In this document: positions 18,721-29,200 of the stretch, piece after piece
Numbering within the stretch: position 1 is the first letter of the stretch
Layout: each line of letters begins with the position of its first letter
Assembly (NCBI GenBank): GCA_963696385.1
Contig: CAVOKF010000007.1
Coordinates: 1,216,001-1,280,000 of the forward strand
Reading direction: 5' to 3'
Origin: an uncultured delta proteobacterium
GTDB taxonomy: Bacteria > Myxococcota_A > Polyangia > Polyangiales > Polyangiaceae
Length of the DNA stretch: 64,000 nucleotides
Position numbers and translations under genes: made by a program
Notes under the pieces: model-generated
What the model was told of the DNA's origin: nothing
Databases searched by the model: none
Seen by the model: the letters and a program-made list of their open reading frames with translations, nothing else

Positions 18721-18775
18721 AGAGGCCCGACACCGCACCGAGGGGGGCGCGACCTTCATGGGGTAGCCTCATCGA

Positions 18776-19714
18776 GTGGCCTTGACTGCCGACCCGACCT
18801 TGAGCCGCCTGCAATCCGCCCTCGGGAGCGTTCTCGAAGGCAAGGACGACGTGATCGATCTGGTGCTCGTCGGCGTGCTGGCCGGCGGGCACGTTCTCTT
18901 GGAGGACGTGCCCGGAGTGGGCAAGACGACACTGGCCAAAGGCATTGCCCGCGTCTTCGACGTGAAATTTGCCCGCGTTCAGTTTACGCCGGACCTTCTG
19001 CCGAGCGACATTCTGGGCACGCAAATCCTCAATCCGCGCGAGGGGACGTTCTCATTTCATGAAGGCCCCATCTTCACGAACGTGCTCCTCGCGGACGAGA
19101 TCAATCGCGCGTCGCCGCGCACGCAGTCGGCACTCTTGGAAGCGATGAACGAGAGCCAAGCGACGATCGACGGCACGACCCATCCCCTGCCCCAGCCGTT
19201 CTTCGTCATTGCGACGCAAAATCCTGCGGATTTCTCGGGCACCTATCCGCTTCCCGAAGCGCAGCTCGATCGTTTTCTCCTGCGCGTCACGATCGGCTAC
19301 CCGAGTCCCGACGCGGAGGTGCGCATGTTATTTGGGCATCAGCGCTCTCTTCCCGTCGACGCCGTAGCGCGAGGCGCGAGCCGCGAAGCGCTCTTGTCGC
19401 TCCAGAGCCGTGTGCGCGATGTCCTCGTGAAAGACAATGTCGCTCGTTACATCGTCCGGATCGTCGCGCGCACGCGCGAATCGCCCGAGCTCGAACTCGG
19501 CGTGAGCCCGCGAGGCGCTCTGTCGCTATTCCGTGCCGCGCAAGCGCGTGCGGTCCTTCTGGGGCGGAGCTACGTGAGCCCTCAGGACGTGCAGGCACTC
19601 GCGAGCTCTGTCCTCGCGCACCGCGTGCGGCTGAGCGTCCAGGCCCGTCACGCCGGAAAGAGCGAGGCCACGTTCGTGGAGGGCCTCGTGCGCTCGATCG
19701 AGGTTCCCACGTGA
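18776..19714 (+). CDS. MoxR-family AAA+ ATPase
   Basis: LLEDVPGVGKTTLA, RVQFTPDLLPSD, LLADEINRASPRTQSALLEAM, YPLPEAQLDRF. Confidence 0.95.
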   Translation: MALTADPTLSRLQSALGSVLEGKDDVIDLVLVGVLAGGHVLLEDVPGVGKTTLAKGIARVFDVKFARVQFTPDLLPSDILGTQILNPREGTFSFHEGPIFTNVLLADEINRASPRTQSALLEAMNESQATIDGTTHPLPQPFFVIATQNPADFSGTYPLPEAQLDRFLLRVTIGYPSPDAEVRMLFGHQRSLPVDAVARGASREALLSLQSRVRDVLVKDNVARYIVRIVARTRESPELELGVSPRGALSLFRAAQARAVLLGRSYVSPQDVQALASSVLAHRVRLSVQARHAGKSEATFVEGLVRSIEVPT

Positions 19715-21027
19715 GCCCGCGAGCGCACTTTCGGGGTTGGACCCAACTCGCGGCCGACCTGAATCGCCTGAACCATATCCTCATTCCGGCCACCCCAGAG
19801 GAGCGCGACCGCTGGCGCGCGTCGCGCCTCGCACGGGCGCTTCGATGGCTGGTCTTCGCGTTCGGACGATTCAGCGCGGACGGCCAGGTTCTTCTGGGGT
19901 TCGCCGTCGTTGCCGCCGTCCTGGCGTTGGACGTCAAGACGTCGGACGTCTACATGGCATCAGCGGCACTGACGGGCCTTCTGTTCGCGAGCTGGGCCTG
20001 CTCCTTCGGGCTTCGCTTGCAGGGCGTGAAAGTGGACGTCGTCGTGCCCCGGCGCGTGACGGTCGGCGATAGAACGGTCTTCACGCTCGCCGTGCGAAAT
20101 GGCGGAGTGCGCGACCTCGATACCCTGGTGGTCCGCGGCCCATTTTTGCCTTGGGACGGGTCGTGGATCGTGCGCCGATCCGGGTTTGCGCGACTGCCGC
20201 GCCAGACGGCTTCGAGCACCGAACTCTCGGCGCGGTTTCGCTCGCGGGGCGAACACCATCTCGACCCGTTCCGCCTCCAGGCTCTCGTGCCGTTCGGCCT
20301 CGCGCTGGGACCCGCTCTCGTGACCGAGGGGGTGCGTTTTCTGGCGGTGCCTCGGATCGCCAACGTCGTCTCTCTGTCCTTGCCTCGCGGCCGCCGCCAG
20401 CAGCCAGGCGGCCTATGGGGCGCCTCGCGCACCGGCGACTCGCGTGAGATCATCGGAGTCCGACCCTACCGGTTCGGCGATCCGACGCGCGATTTGCACG
20501 CTCGAACGTGGGCGCGGGTCGGCCAACCCGTCGTGCGCGAGTACCGTGAGGAATACTTTTCGCGCGTCGGAATCGTCCTCGACACCGACCTGGACCAAGA
20601 TCCCGACGATCATCTCGAAGCGGGCATTTCGCTGGTCGCCGGAATCGTCGCCCAACTCGGCCGAACCGAGGCCCTGGTCGACGTCATCGTCATCGGAAAT
20701 ACGGCCTACGGGCTGTCTCTCGGGCGAGGACTCGGCACCCTGGATCGGGCGCTCGAACTTCTGGCCAACGTGGTGCCCGAGGGCCCCTTCCAGCCGAACG
20801 CACTCGCCGCGCGGATCCTGCCGCGTATGGCGTCGATCTCGTGTCTCGTGTTCGTCGCTCTGCGTTGGGACTCTCCACGTCGTGATTTTGCGCAAGAGAT
20901 CCGGTCTAGGGGAACCACCTGCGCCTCATTCGTGGTGACCGCACTCGGCACGCAAGCCGACAGCCAGCCCGGGGTAACCCGCATTTCGGCAGAGGCCGTT
21001 CGCGCCGGCCGTGCGGTCGCTCTGTGA
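19711..21027 (+). CDS. DUF58 domain protein
   Basis: GVRPYRFGDPTRDLHARTWAR..PVVREY, IVLDT; overlaps the MoxR gene in the usual triad arrangement. Confidence 0.85.
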   Translation: MSPRAHFRGWTQLAADLNRLNHILIPATPEERDRWRASRLARALRWLVFAFGRFSADGQVLLGFAVVAAVLALDVKTSDVYMASAALTGLLFASWACSFGLRLQGVKVDVVVPRRVTVGDRTVFTLAVRNGGVRDLDTLVVRGPFLPWDGSWIVRRSGFARLPRQTASSTELSARFRSRGEHHLDPFRLQALVPFGLALGPALVTEGVRFLAVPRIANVVSLSLPRGRRQQPGGLWGASRTGDSREIIGVRPYRFGDPTRDLHARTWARVGQPVVREYREEYFSRVGIVLDTDLDQDPDDHLEAGISLVAGIVAQLGRTEALVDVIVIGNTAYGLSLGRGLGTLDRALELLANVVPEGPFQPNALAARILPRMASISCLVFVALRWDSPRRDFAQEIRSRGTTCASFVVTALGTQADSQPGVTRISAEAVRAGRAVAL

Positions 21028-22905
21028 AAGAGCGCCTGCTTCGGGCGCTGCCGCCCGTCGTTGCGGCCGTCGCGCTCGCCGTAGCGTCTCGACAGCCGCT
21101 GCCGCCCGCACTCGCCGTCGTGTTCGCGCTCGGCAGCGTGGTGCTCTCGCCACGACTGCCGCTCGATCGCGCGACCCAGCGCCTGGCGATGATCGTGATG
21201 GTCTTGCTCACCATCGCGGGCCTCCGGGCATCCGGCATGCCGGTGAGCGCTCCCCACCTCGGAGCCTTTGGATACGGGTTCGCGCTCGCGCCTCTGCTGG
21301 GGGCGACTCTGCGCCTGTGGATCCGTGATGCCGAGGGGGGCCTCCGGGTCGACGTGGCGCTCGGATGGGTCTCGCTTCTCGCGACGGGCGGCGCGAAACC
21401 GGGAATCGCCTACCTGGCCTTCGTCTTGGCGTTTTTGTCTGCGGCGTTTGCGCTCCAGCGGTCCGAAGACCCCCATCGCCTGGCGTTCGCCTCGTTGTCG
21501 GCTCGCACGCGACGGGTCGCCGGGGTGCTGACCCTCCTGGCGACGGCCTCGGCCGTGGCCGCAGCCTCCGTCACGCACCTCGTCTACGAGCAAGTTCATC
21601 GGCGGCTTCGACACGCCTCGGAGACGGCTTTCGAAAACACGGTCGGTCTGTCGGACAGTGTTCGCCTCGGAACGGTGTCGGCCCTTCTGACCTCCGACAC
21701 CGTCGTCCTCCGCGTCGCGGGCCCTGAGAATCGACCGACTGCGGGGTGTCGTGCTCGACGAATACGGCGGCGGACGGTGGACCAAGGCAACGATCGAGAG
21801 TCTTGCCCAGATCGACGTTCCGCGCGTTCGACCCCGGGGTACCGACGTCATCGAAGTGCGTCTCGCGCATCCGGATCGGGACTACGCGTTTCTTCCTCTC
21901 GCAGCCGGCGACGTGGCGACGCCCGGCGGCGCAGTCCGCATCGATTCGATGGGCGCCGCGCATTCGGTCCCCGGAGAGGCGTTGCCGATCCTCTGGTTTC
22001 GGATGTCCGATGGGACCTCTTTCCGCCCCGCCGCGGCGCGGCTCGAAGACCTGCTGATGCCGCACAAGCTGCGCGCTCCACTGACGGCCATGGCGACCGA
22101 ATGGACCCGAGGAAAGGTCACACCGGAAGACTCTCTTGCGGCCATCGAGGCCCATCTTCGACGCGACTACACGTACTCCACGGCTCCGCAGCCCGAGACG
22201 TCGCTCGATCCCGTTCTCGAATTTTTGACGGTCTCTCACGAGGGTCACTGCGAATACTTCGCGAGCGCGCTCGCCCTGCTGGCGCGCTCGATCGGCATTC
22301 CGACCCGAATGGTCCTTGGCTATCGTGTCGGCGAGCGCAGCCCGGTGGGGTCTCACTACGTCGTTCGAAGGCGCAACGCGCACGCCTGGGTCGAGGCGTA
22401 TCTGCCCAGTGGCGCGTGGGCCATCGTCAATCCCACGCCCATGACCGAGCTGCCGCAGGACTTGCCCCACGACGAGCACGGCGTCACGGCCGCGTTCGAG
22501 GCGATCGCGTTCGGATGGGAGGTCCTGCAGGCGTGGCTCGCCGAGCGAAGCCTCTTCGAGCTCGGTGGTGCGGCCGTTGTCGGCGTCGTCATCTTCGCGC
22601 TGCAGCGCTGGCTGCGCACCCGCGGGCTCGTCGTCGGCGAGCGCGACGACGGCCTCGAATTCGATTCTCCGCCGGACGCCTACCTTCGGCTGGAGGCCGA
22701 GTTGGGGCGGCGCGGGCAAGGACGACGGCCAAGCGAGCCGATCGAGCGCTGGATCGCGCGACTCGACGATCCGGATCTCACCCCTGTCCTTCTGCGATAC
22801 GTGGGAGCACGCTACGGCAACGAAGACACGCAAGGGCTCGACCTCGCGCTCGGCGATGCGCTTGGACGGATCGTTCGCGGGTCGCCGCGAGGGCCTTCTG
22901 CATGA
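21024..22905 (+). CDS. Transglutaminase-like (TgpA-type) membrane protein, frameshifted near 21726
   Basis: TM N-terminus in the frame of 21024 up to VVLRVAGP; continues RIDRLRGVVLDEY..GHCEYFASA..AHAWVE..W..NPTP in the frame of 21751-22905. Confidence 0.8.
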
Positions 22906-22980
22906 GCATCGAGACGCTTGCTGCGCGAACCCTTGGGCATCGACCGAGGGTGACGGGACCGCCGGCAACGCGACGGCGGC

Positions 22981-23134
22981 CGGCAGGTGGCGATCGGGCG
23001 ACGATCAGCGTGCCGTTCGAGACGCCGGCTCCTGTCCGGCCGCTCGCCGCTTCGCGCCGGCAGGTCACAATCGGGCGCCAATCAGCGTGCCGTTCGGGAC
23101 GCCGGCTCCTGTCCGGCCGCTCGCCGCTTCGCGC
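22981..23134. repeat. 77-bp tandem duplication (2 copies)
   Basis: 54-bp core ATCAGCGTGCCGTTCG(A/G)GACG...GCTTCGCGC at 23004 and 23081, each with a more diverged 23-bp lead-in. Confidence 0.85.
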
Positions 23135-23477
23135 AATGCCAGTGGTCGACCGACCCGCTCGGGTAGGTGATGACCTCATCCTCGGACTGGAATCCGGTCG
23201 CGCAAAATGCGCAGGTGCCTTTCCGGGCGGCGCGGTAGCTCACCGGGGCCTCGTCGCGTCGGGCGCGACGGCCTTCGCTGGGACTCGGCGACGTCGCTCC
23301 TCCACGGCCAGGCCGGCGCCTGGCGGCGCCATCGCTCGCGCCCGCGGAAGGGTCGAGCAGCTTGTGTTTGACGATGAGCCGACAAGCCGCCATCGCCGCG
23401 GTGCGCGCTTCTTCGCACGTCGCGCTGGTGTGGGTCGCCAGCGCGACGAGCCTTCGGGCTCTCTCGCTAGGGTCCAT
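23082..23477 (-). CDS. Small protein with DUF2786-like N-terminus and C-terminal CxxC...HxxC zinc-finger-like motif
   Basis: ERARRLVALA..EEARTAAMAACRLIVKH; CAFC..HWHC. Confidence 0.5.
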   Translation of the reverse strand: MDPSERARRLVALATHTSATCEEARTAAMAACRLIVKHKLLDPSAGASDGAARRRPGRGGATSPSPSEGRRARRDEAPVSYRAARKGTCAFCATGFQSEDEVITYPSGSVDHWHCAKRRAAGQEPASRTAR

Positions 23478-23634
23478 CAATCGCCTCGGCCCATCGGGTA
23501 GCTCTTAGCGGCGCAGGCCGAGTTTTGCATTCACACGGGCAAGTTCCCGTGCGCGTGCCGCGCATTTCGCCCTTCGAGTGAGCCGTTCCTGCGGGTGAGG
23601 GCGTCTGCGTCCATGCCCAGGGAGGCCTTGGATC

Positions 23635-25017
23635 GTGTCGGATCGCCAACCATCGTGCGACGCCTCAGCCCGGCGAGCTCTTTGGGCACGGGTCACGCTC
23701 GTCGCCGGAACGCTCGCCGTAGCATGCAGCAGCAATTCGTCCGCAACCGGGGGTAGCGCGGGGTCGTCGGCGTCCGCCTCCGGTCCCGGTCCCGCCGCCA
23801 CGGCCAGCAGCGGTGCCAGCACCGCCCCGGGGTCGCTCGCTGGTTCGAGCAGCTCGGCCGCTAGCTCCGTCTCGCCGTCTGGAGGCTTGGAAAGCGGCTC
23901 CAGCGGCTCGGGCGCTGCTTCCAGCAGCAGCTCGATCGCCCTCTCGAGCGGCAGCTCGAGCGCTTCTTCGAGCAACAGCGCAGGCGCCTCCTCCAGCGGC
24001 AACTCGAGCGCCTCGTCGAACAGCAGCTCGGGCGCCTCCTCGAGCAGCAACGCGAGCGCTTCCTCGAGCAGCGGCTCGAGCGGCAGCTCGGGCGCCTCCT
24101 CGAGCAGCAGCGCGGGGCCGGACGCCGGATCGTCATGCGGATTCGATCCGGTGACACCGAATGCCACTCCGCAGACACGTAACGTGCTGTGCTACCTGCA
24201 TAGCATTTACGGTAACGGGATCCTCTCGGGTCAAGAGGAAGACAACAACGACAACGGAATGAACACCGTTTACGCGGCCACCGGAAAGTACCCGGCCATT
24301 CGGTCCTTCGACGTGAACAACAGCGAAGCTCCGACCCAATGCGTCGCACAGTGGAACGACGGCGGCCTTTGCATGTTCGGCTACCACATGGGTATCAACG
24401 GCGGAACCTACAGCACCCCGACGGACATCGCGAGCGTACTCACGGCGGGCACGGCCGACAACACGAGCTTCAACCAGGATTTGGATCGGATCGCGCAGTA
24501 TGTACAGCCTCTGCAGACCGCCGGTGGAGTCGCGCTCTTGCGGCTATTCCACGAAGCCGGTGACGGCTGCGCCTGGTTCTGGTGGTCCATGGGGACCTCC
24601 GAGCAGTGGCAAGAGCTCTTCAAGTACGCATTCAATTATTTGACGGCGACCAAGGGTCTCAATAACGTTTTATGGTTTTCACCCCTTTGCAGCAATCCGA
24701 GCTCTGCGTACAATCCCGGTTCGCAATACATCGATTTCGGTGGGGCGGACGACTACGTCGCGGCGGGGGACACGGAACCGCTCACGAGTCTGTTCAATCA
24801 AACCGAAACCGCGTTCCCGAACATGATGGTTGCGCTGCACGAGTGCGGCACGATTCCGGATCCCACGCTCCTCAAGTCGAGCAGCACAAAATGGCTGTTC
24901 TTCAACGTCTGGGCGAGCCCCTACTTCGACGCCCCGTACAATACGACCGCGCATCTGCAGGAGGTCTATTCAAACCCTTACGTGATTACGCGGGACAAGC
25001 TTCCTAGCTTCAAATGA
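23635..25017 (+). CDS. Glycoside hydrolase family 26 (beta-mannanase-like) lipoprotein with Ser-rich linker
   Basis: Lipobox AVAC; ILSGQ, TGKYPAI, RLFHEAGDG..WFWW (acid/base), ALHECG (nucleophile), NPYVITRDKLP. Confidence 0.85.
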   Translation: MSDRQPSCDASARRALWARVTLVAGTLAVACSSNSSATGGSAGSSASASGPGPAATASSGASTAPGSLAGSSSSAASSVSPSGGLESGSSGSGAASSSSSIALSSGSSSASSSNSAGASSSGNSSASSNSSSGASSSSNASASSSSGSSGSSGASSSSSAGPDAGSSCGFDPVTPNATPQTRNVLCYLHSIYGNGILSGQEEDNNDNGMNTVYAATGKYPAIRSFDVNNSEAPTQCVAQWNDGGLCMFGYHMGINGGTYSTPTDIASVLTAGTADNTSFNQDLDRIAQYVQPLQTAGGVALLRLFHEAGDGCAWFWWSMGTSEQWQELFKYAFNYLTATKGLNNVLWFSPLCSNPSSAYNPGSQYIDFGGADDYVAAGDTEPLTSLFNQTETAFPNMMVALHECGTIPDPTLLKSSSTKWLFFNVWASPYFDAPYNTTAHLQEVYSNPYVITRDKLPSFK

Positions 25018-25108
25018 GCGGCGCGTTGCCCCCTGAGACCGGCGGCGGCGGTTGCGGCGAGGGCGCGTCCATGCCGTCGTGGCCGGTCGTGGTAGAGTGC
25101 GCGCCCGA

Positions 25109-26515
25109 ATGGACCTGCTGCTGGCCCACGGCTACTTCCTCGCGGAGGATCTTCACGAGCGCGGCGTGATGAAGCCGTACCCTACGCTCGGTCTACTCTA
25201 CATCTCGGCGTACCTGAAGGCGCAAGGGCACGGCGTCGGCGTCTTCGATGCCACGTTTCAGACGCTGGCGGATTTCGACGAGCGCGTTCGCGCCGAGCGG
25301 CCGCGGGCCGTGGGCCTCTACACGAACCTGATGACGAAGTTCAACGTCCTCAAGATGATCGCCGCGTGCCGCGCCGCGGGCGCGAAGGTCGTTCTCGGCG
25401 GGCCCGAGCCTGCGATGTACGCGGAAGAATACCTCGGGCACGGCGCGGACGTCATCGTGGTCGGCGAGGGCGAGCACACGATGGCGGAGCTCGTGTCGAA
25501 GGACTTCGCCGAGTTGGCGTCGATTGCGGGGATCATCTTCCGCCGCGACGACGGAACGGTGGTGCGCAATCCAGCCCGCCCGTACATCAGCGACCTCGAT
25601 ACGCTGCCCTTTCCGGACCGCGAAGCGATCGACCTGGATCGGTACGTCCACGTGTGGCGGACCCACCACGGGATGGGGTCCGTCTCGCTCATTTGCGCGC
25701 GCGGGTGCCCGTTTCACTGTCAGTGGTGCAGCCACGCGGTATACGGAAACAGTCACCGCCGCCGCTCCCCAGCCAACGTCGTTGCGGAGCTCGAGATGCT
25801 GATGGCGCGCTACAAGCCGGATCAGATCTGGTACGCGGACGACGTGTTCACCATCCACCGCAAGTGGTTTTTCCAGTATGCGGCGCTCTTGACCGACCGC
25901 GGCCTCAAGATTCCATTCGAGTGCATTTCGCGCTCGGACTGCCTCAATGAGGAGGTGGTCCAGAAGCTCGCCGACATCGGCTGCTATCGGCTCTGGCTCG
26001 GTTCGGAGTCGGGCAGCCAACGCGTGCTCGACGCGATGCGCCGAGGCGTCAAAGTCGAGGACGTGCAAGCGAAGGCCAAGCTCCTTCAGCGCCACGGCAT
26101 CCAGGTCGGCATGTTCATCATGCTCGGTTACGATGGCGAGACCCTGCCGGACATCGAAGCGACCACCGAGCACCTCAAAGTCGCCAATCCCGACGTCTTT
26201 CTGACGACGGTCGCTTACCCGATCAAAGGGACCGGGTACTACAAGGCCGTCGAGCGACGGGTGTTGGCCCGCTCCGATTGGAATGGGACTACCGATCGCG
26301 ATCTTTCGGTCCAGGGGCGCTACTCGCCTCGCTTCTACTCGTTTGCGACCCGATGGATGGTCAACGCCGTGGCGCTGCACCGTGAATGGCAAGGGCCGCG
26401 CCGGCCCGTACCCCTCGCAAAAACGTTGGCTCATACGGTCATCGGCCGGGCCGGCATGCTCGTCACGCAGCACGAGCGCGAAGGCGCGGGCGCGGGCGCG
26501 CAAGCCCTTCGATGA
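25109..26515 (+). CDS. B12-binding domain radical SAM protein (#1)
   Basis: PTLGLLYISAYL N-terminal B12 domain, GEGE, RGCPFHCQWC, YADDVF, GSESGSQRVL. Confidence 0.92.
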   Translation: MDLLLAHGYFLAEDLHERGVMKPYPTLGLLYISAYLKAQGHGVGVFDATFQTLADFDERVRAERPRAVGLYTNLMTKFNVLKMIAACRAAGAKVVLGGPEPAMYAEEYLGHGADVIVVGEGEHTMAELVSKDFAELASIAGIIFRRDDGTVVRNPARPYISDLDTLPFPDREAIDLDRYVHVWRTHHGMGSVSLICARGCPFHCQWCSHAVYGNSHRRRSPANVVAELEMLMARYKPDQIWYADDVFTIHRKWFFQYAALLTDRGLKIPFECISRSDCLNEEVVQKLADIGCYRLWLGSESGSQRVLDAMRRGVKVEDVQAKAKLLQRHGIQVGMFIMLGYDGETLPDIEATTEHLKVANPDVFLTTVAYPIKGTGYYKAVERRVLARSDWNGTTDRDLSVQGRYSPRFYSFATRWMVNAVALHREWQGPRRPVPLAKTLAHTVIGRAGMLVTQHEREGAGAGAQALR

Positions 26516-26648
26516 GCGCCGCACGCGGAGCGGGTTCTCCGATCATCGCGTCATAAATCGGATCTCATCTCATTCACCAGCTACCGCAGGACCATCCGCA
26601 GCTCGGACGGTCTCTTTAGTTTAGCACTACTGCTGTCCAGCAGTAGTG

Positions 26649-28208
26649 TTAGTTCCGCTCCCACACTTCATCCCCATCGGAAAACGTGTGGGCCAGATGG
26701 TATCGACCGTGAATGTAGGCATTGAGCAACGTTGCCGCTCTTGCCCCCGGATCTCGCGGATTGGCTCCGTCCAGCTCCGTCGACCACAGCGTATATTTGA
26801 CTCGCCTGGTTTCCAGTTCGGATATTGCGCGTTCGGCGAACTCCGGCCGCGTCTGCGCCGTCATGCCGACGACATCCATATACGTCGGACTGCGAAGATC
26901 CAACAACACATAGTAACTCGGCCAGGTTGCGGCAAAGAAATAGTCGCTTGGAACGGTGTTTTGCGCGATCCATGCCAGCTTTTCCACGTGTAACGCGTCG
27001 CTGAGGGCGCTGCCCGCAGGTAGATCGATGCGGGTGCCGTAGTGACGGTGCATCGATCGGACATGACTCATCGCGCGGGAACCGAGGGCAAGCCAGCAAA
27101 TCCAGATGAGGCTGGTGCGCAGCCGCCGCGTTCGATCGAGCGTCCATGCCAAAAGGACAGTGCCAGGCATCGCGACCGCAAACAGTCGGAGCCAATTCGG
27201 GCTCCATAAAACCTCCGCGAGCAACGAAATACCGACAAGACAGAATAACGTAACCGCATTCCACTCCGCGCAGGGCGGATCGTGTCGATGTCGCCATGAA
27301 TAGTACAGCGCGAAGCTGTATACCGTCGGCAGAAGCGCGTAGACGAGAAGGTAAGACGCAAGCGACGGCAGTTGGTGCCAGGCGGGCGTCTCGGGGGCGA
27401 GGCTGAGAGACGACCACAGGCCGTTGTGTTCCGCCATGTGCCGCCATACATAGATGACCTGCGAACCAAAGAGTGGCCCAATCCCGACGGTGAAAAGAAA
27501 ATACGCGTTGGCGGAAAAGAGCGCCAGTAAGACTCCTCCCAGTAGAAATAGGTATTTGTCCGCGACCTGGCGGCGCCGCAGTCGTTCGCGGCGGGCCAGG
27601 TATGCAATGTAGAGGGCGAAGCCAAGCAGAGCAGCAGCACCGTGACTTTGCGTGAAAAACGAAGCCAGACCGAGCATGGCGCCGGCGCTCGCGAGTCGTG
27701 GTCTCGTCAATCGTGGTGAAAGAATGATGACAGCGCTCACGATGCCGAGCACGCTAAACCAGTGATGGGTAGGGTTCAGAGCTCTTCCGTACACGAAGAT
27801 CACGAGAAAGGCCGCTGCGATCGCCGCAAAAGCGCGCTCGGCCACGCGGCTGGCCGCGAGGTAGCAGACCACGCCGAGGGCCAAGCCAATTGCGATAACG
27901 ACCACATTGGTAACCCAAATGCGCGGCCCGAAGAGTGCGAATGCTGCGAGATAGACGAGGTCGGTTCCCGGCGGTGTGAACTGAAAGAAATCGCGGTAGG
28001 GAAGTTCGCCCTCAAGCATTCGCTTTGCGTAGGCCCAAAAGTAGACTTGATCGCCGCCCAGCAAGATCGGGGTGCCTGCAGAGACGAACGAGCACAAGCC
28101 GAGGTATCCCGTGAGCGCAATTGCAAGCGCAGAAAGGGAAAATGGACGGGGCGCCTGCCGGATGACCGTATGTGGCGGCGTCGCGGACGGAGGCGGCACT
28201 GGATTCAC
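26649..28208 (-). CDS. Multi-pass membrane protein, putative GT-C glycosyltransferase (ArnT/PMT-like)
   Basis: GDQVYF..AKRMLEGELPYRDFFQFTPPGT first loop, many TM helices, soluble C-terminus; visibly more AT-rich than flanks. Confidence 0.65.
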   Translation of the reverse strand: MNPVPPPSATPPHTVIRQAPRPFSLSALAIALTGYLGLCSFVSAGTPILLGGDQVYFWAYAKRMLEGELPYRDFFQFTPPGTDLVYLAAFALFGPRIWVTNVVVIAIGLALGVVCYLAASRVAERAFAAIAAAFLVIFVYGRALNPTHHWFSVLGIVSAVIILSPRLTRPRLASAGAMLGLASFFTQSHGAAALLGFALYIAYLARRERLRRRQVADKYLFLLGGVLLALFSANAYFLFTVGIGPLFGSQVIYVWRHMAEHNGLWSSLSLAPETPAWHQLPSLASYLLVYALLPTVYSFALYYSWRHRHDPPCAEWNAVTLFCLVGISLLAEVLWSPNWLRLFAVAMPGTVLLAWTLDRTRRLRTSLIWICWLALGSRAMSHVRSMHRHYGTRIDLPAGSALSDALHVEKLAWIAQNTVPSDYFFAATWPSYYVLLDLRSPTYMDVVGMTAQTRPEFAERAISELETRRVKYTLWSTELDGANPRDPGARAATLLNAYIHGRYHLAHTFSDGDEVWERN

Positions 28209-28305
28209 GGCATCTGGCTCAACGAAAAACCCTACGCCATATTCTCGTGGAAATCGCGCCCGATCCGGGCGTGCTGGGCGAACGGGTGGAACGTAGTATG
28301 CGCGT

Positions 28306-29200
28306 TCCGTCTTAGCGCAAACCTATCCCGACTGGGAGCTGATCGTAGCAGACGATGGCTCCGACGTTGAGACACTGAGGTTTCTGAGGGGACTTCATGA
28401 CGAGCGAATCATCGTCCTCTGGCTGTCGCATTCCGGGAATCCGGGCGCGGTTCGGAACAAAGCCATTCATCGGGCTTGGGGTCTATATCTGGCGTTCATC
28501 GATTCGGACGATGTGTGGGTGGATCGAAAATTGGAAGTTCAACTCGGACTCATGCAGTCGCGCGCGGACCGACGATGGAGCTACACGGGGATCGGCGCAG
28601 TCGATCCGGACGGAAAGTTGGCGTCGGCTCCGCGCAGCCAGTGGGCGCGCCTTGGGGACGGATCCATTATCGAAGCTTTGCTGCGATTTGATATGGGCAT
28701 TGCGACGCCCAGCGTGATGGTCGAGCGCGACCTCGTTCACGAGGTGGGCGCGTTCGACGAGCAACAACGGTATGGCGAGGATTACCAGTTGTGGTTTCGC
28801 CTGGCCTTGCGTAGCGAGGTGAGCGTCTCGCCGGAGCCGCTCGTGTACGTCCGCAACGGCCATGTCGATAGGTACACCCGCGATCGCGCGGCGGAGTACG
28901 AGGCGCGGATTAGACTTTTCGGCACCATGGGAGAGATTATCCCTCGTGGACGGCTGCTAAGCACTTTGTCGGAGGAGACGCGCAGAGACCGTGCTTGAGC
29001 TTGCCGGGGCGGTACTTCGATAGAGGGGCGCACGGGGCGGTCTCGCGATTGCTGTTCAAGACGTCACGCTTCGCGTGGCTGTATCCTTGGTGGTGCTGGG
29101 GTGCCCTCAAGGCCACCCTTTAGATTCATCGTTCCGTCACGCGCACTGCTCGGCTACCGACGTCGCCGGAGAGAGCGCAGAGGACCCGTACAAGATGCCG
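28306..29200 (+). pseudogene. 5'-truncated, frameshifted family 2 glycosyltransferase (paralog of 36542-37504)
   Basis: Reads SVLAQTYPDWELIVADDGSD..GNPGAVRN..LAFIDSDDVW from 28306 after an in-frame TAG at 28294; C-terminal similarity (YFDRG..SRFAWLYPWW) continues through further frameshifts at about 28960-29120; end approximate. Confidence 0.75.

Noticed and set aside
22981..23134. 77-bp periodic repeat as a mini-CRISPR
   Set aside because: Only two copies, and the would-be spacers resemble each other, so it is a tandem duplication
21750..23501. C-terminal part of the 825-aa ORF 21024-23501
   Set aside because: Arg-rich off-frame read-through after the frameshift; the real continuation is the 21751-22905 frame
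23505..24167. Minus-strand ORF with LEEA repeats
   Set aside because: Antisense shadow of the Ser-rich linker of the GH26 gene
26512..26620. Possible missing 5' end of the truncated GT2 right after rSAM #1
   Set aside because: Only faint similarity (I-I-A-S, N-R-I in different frames); cannot be supported by eye
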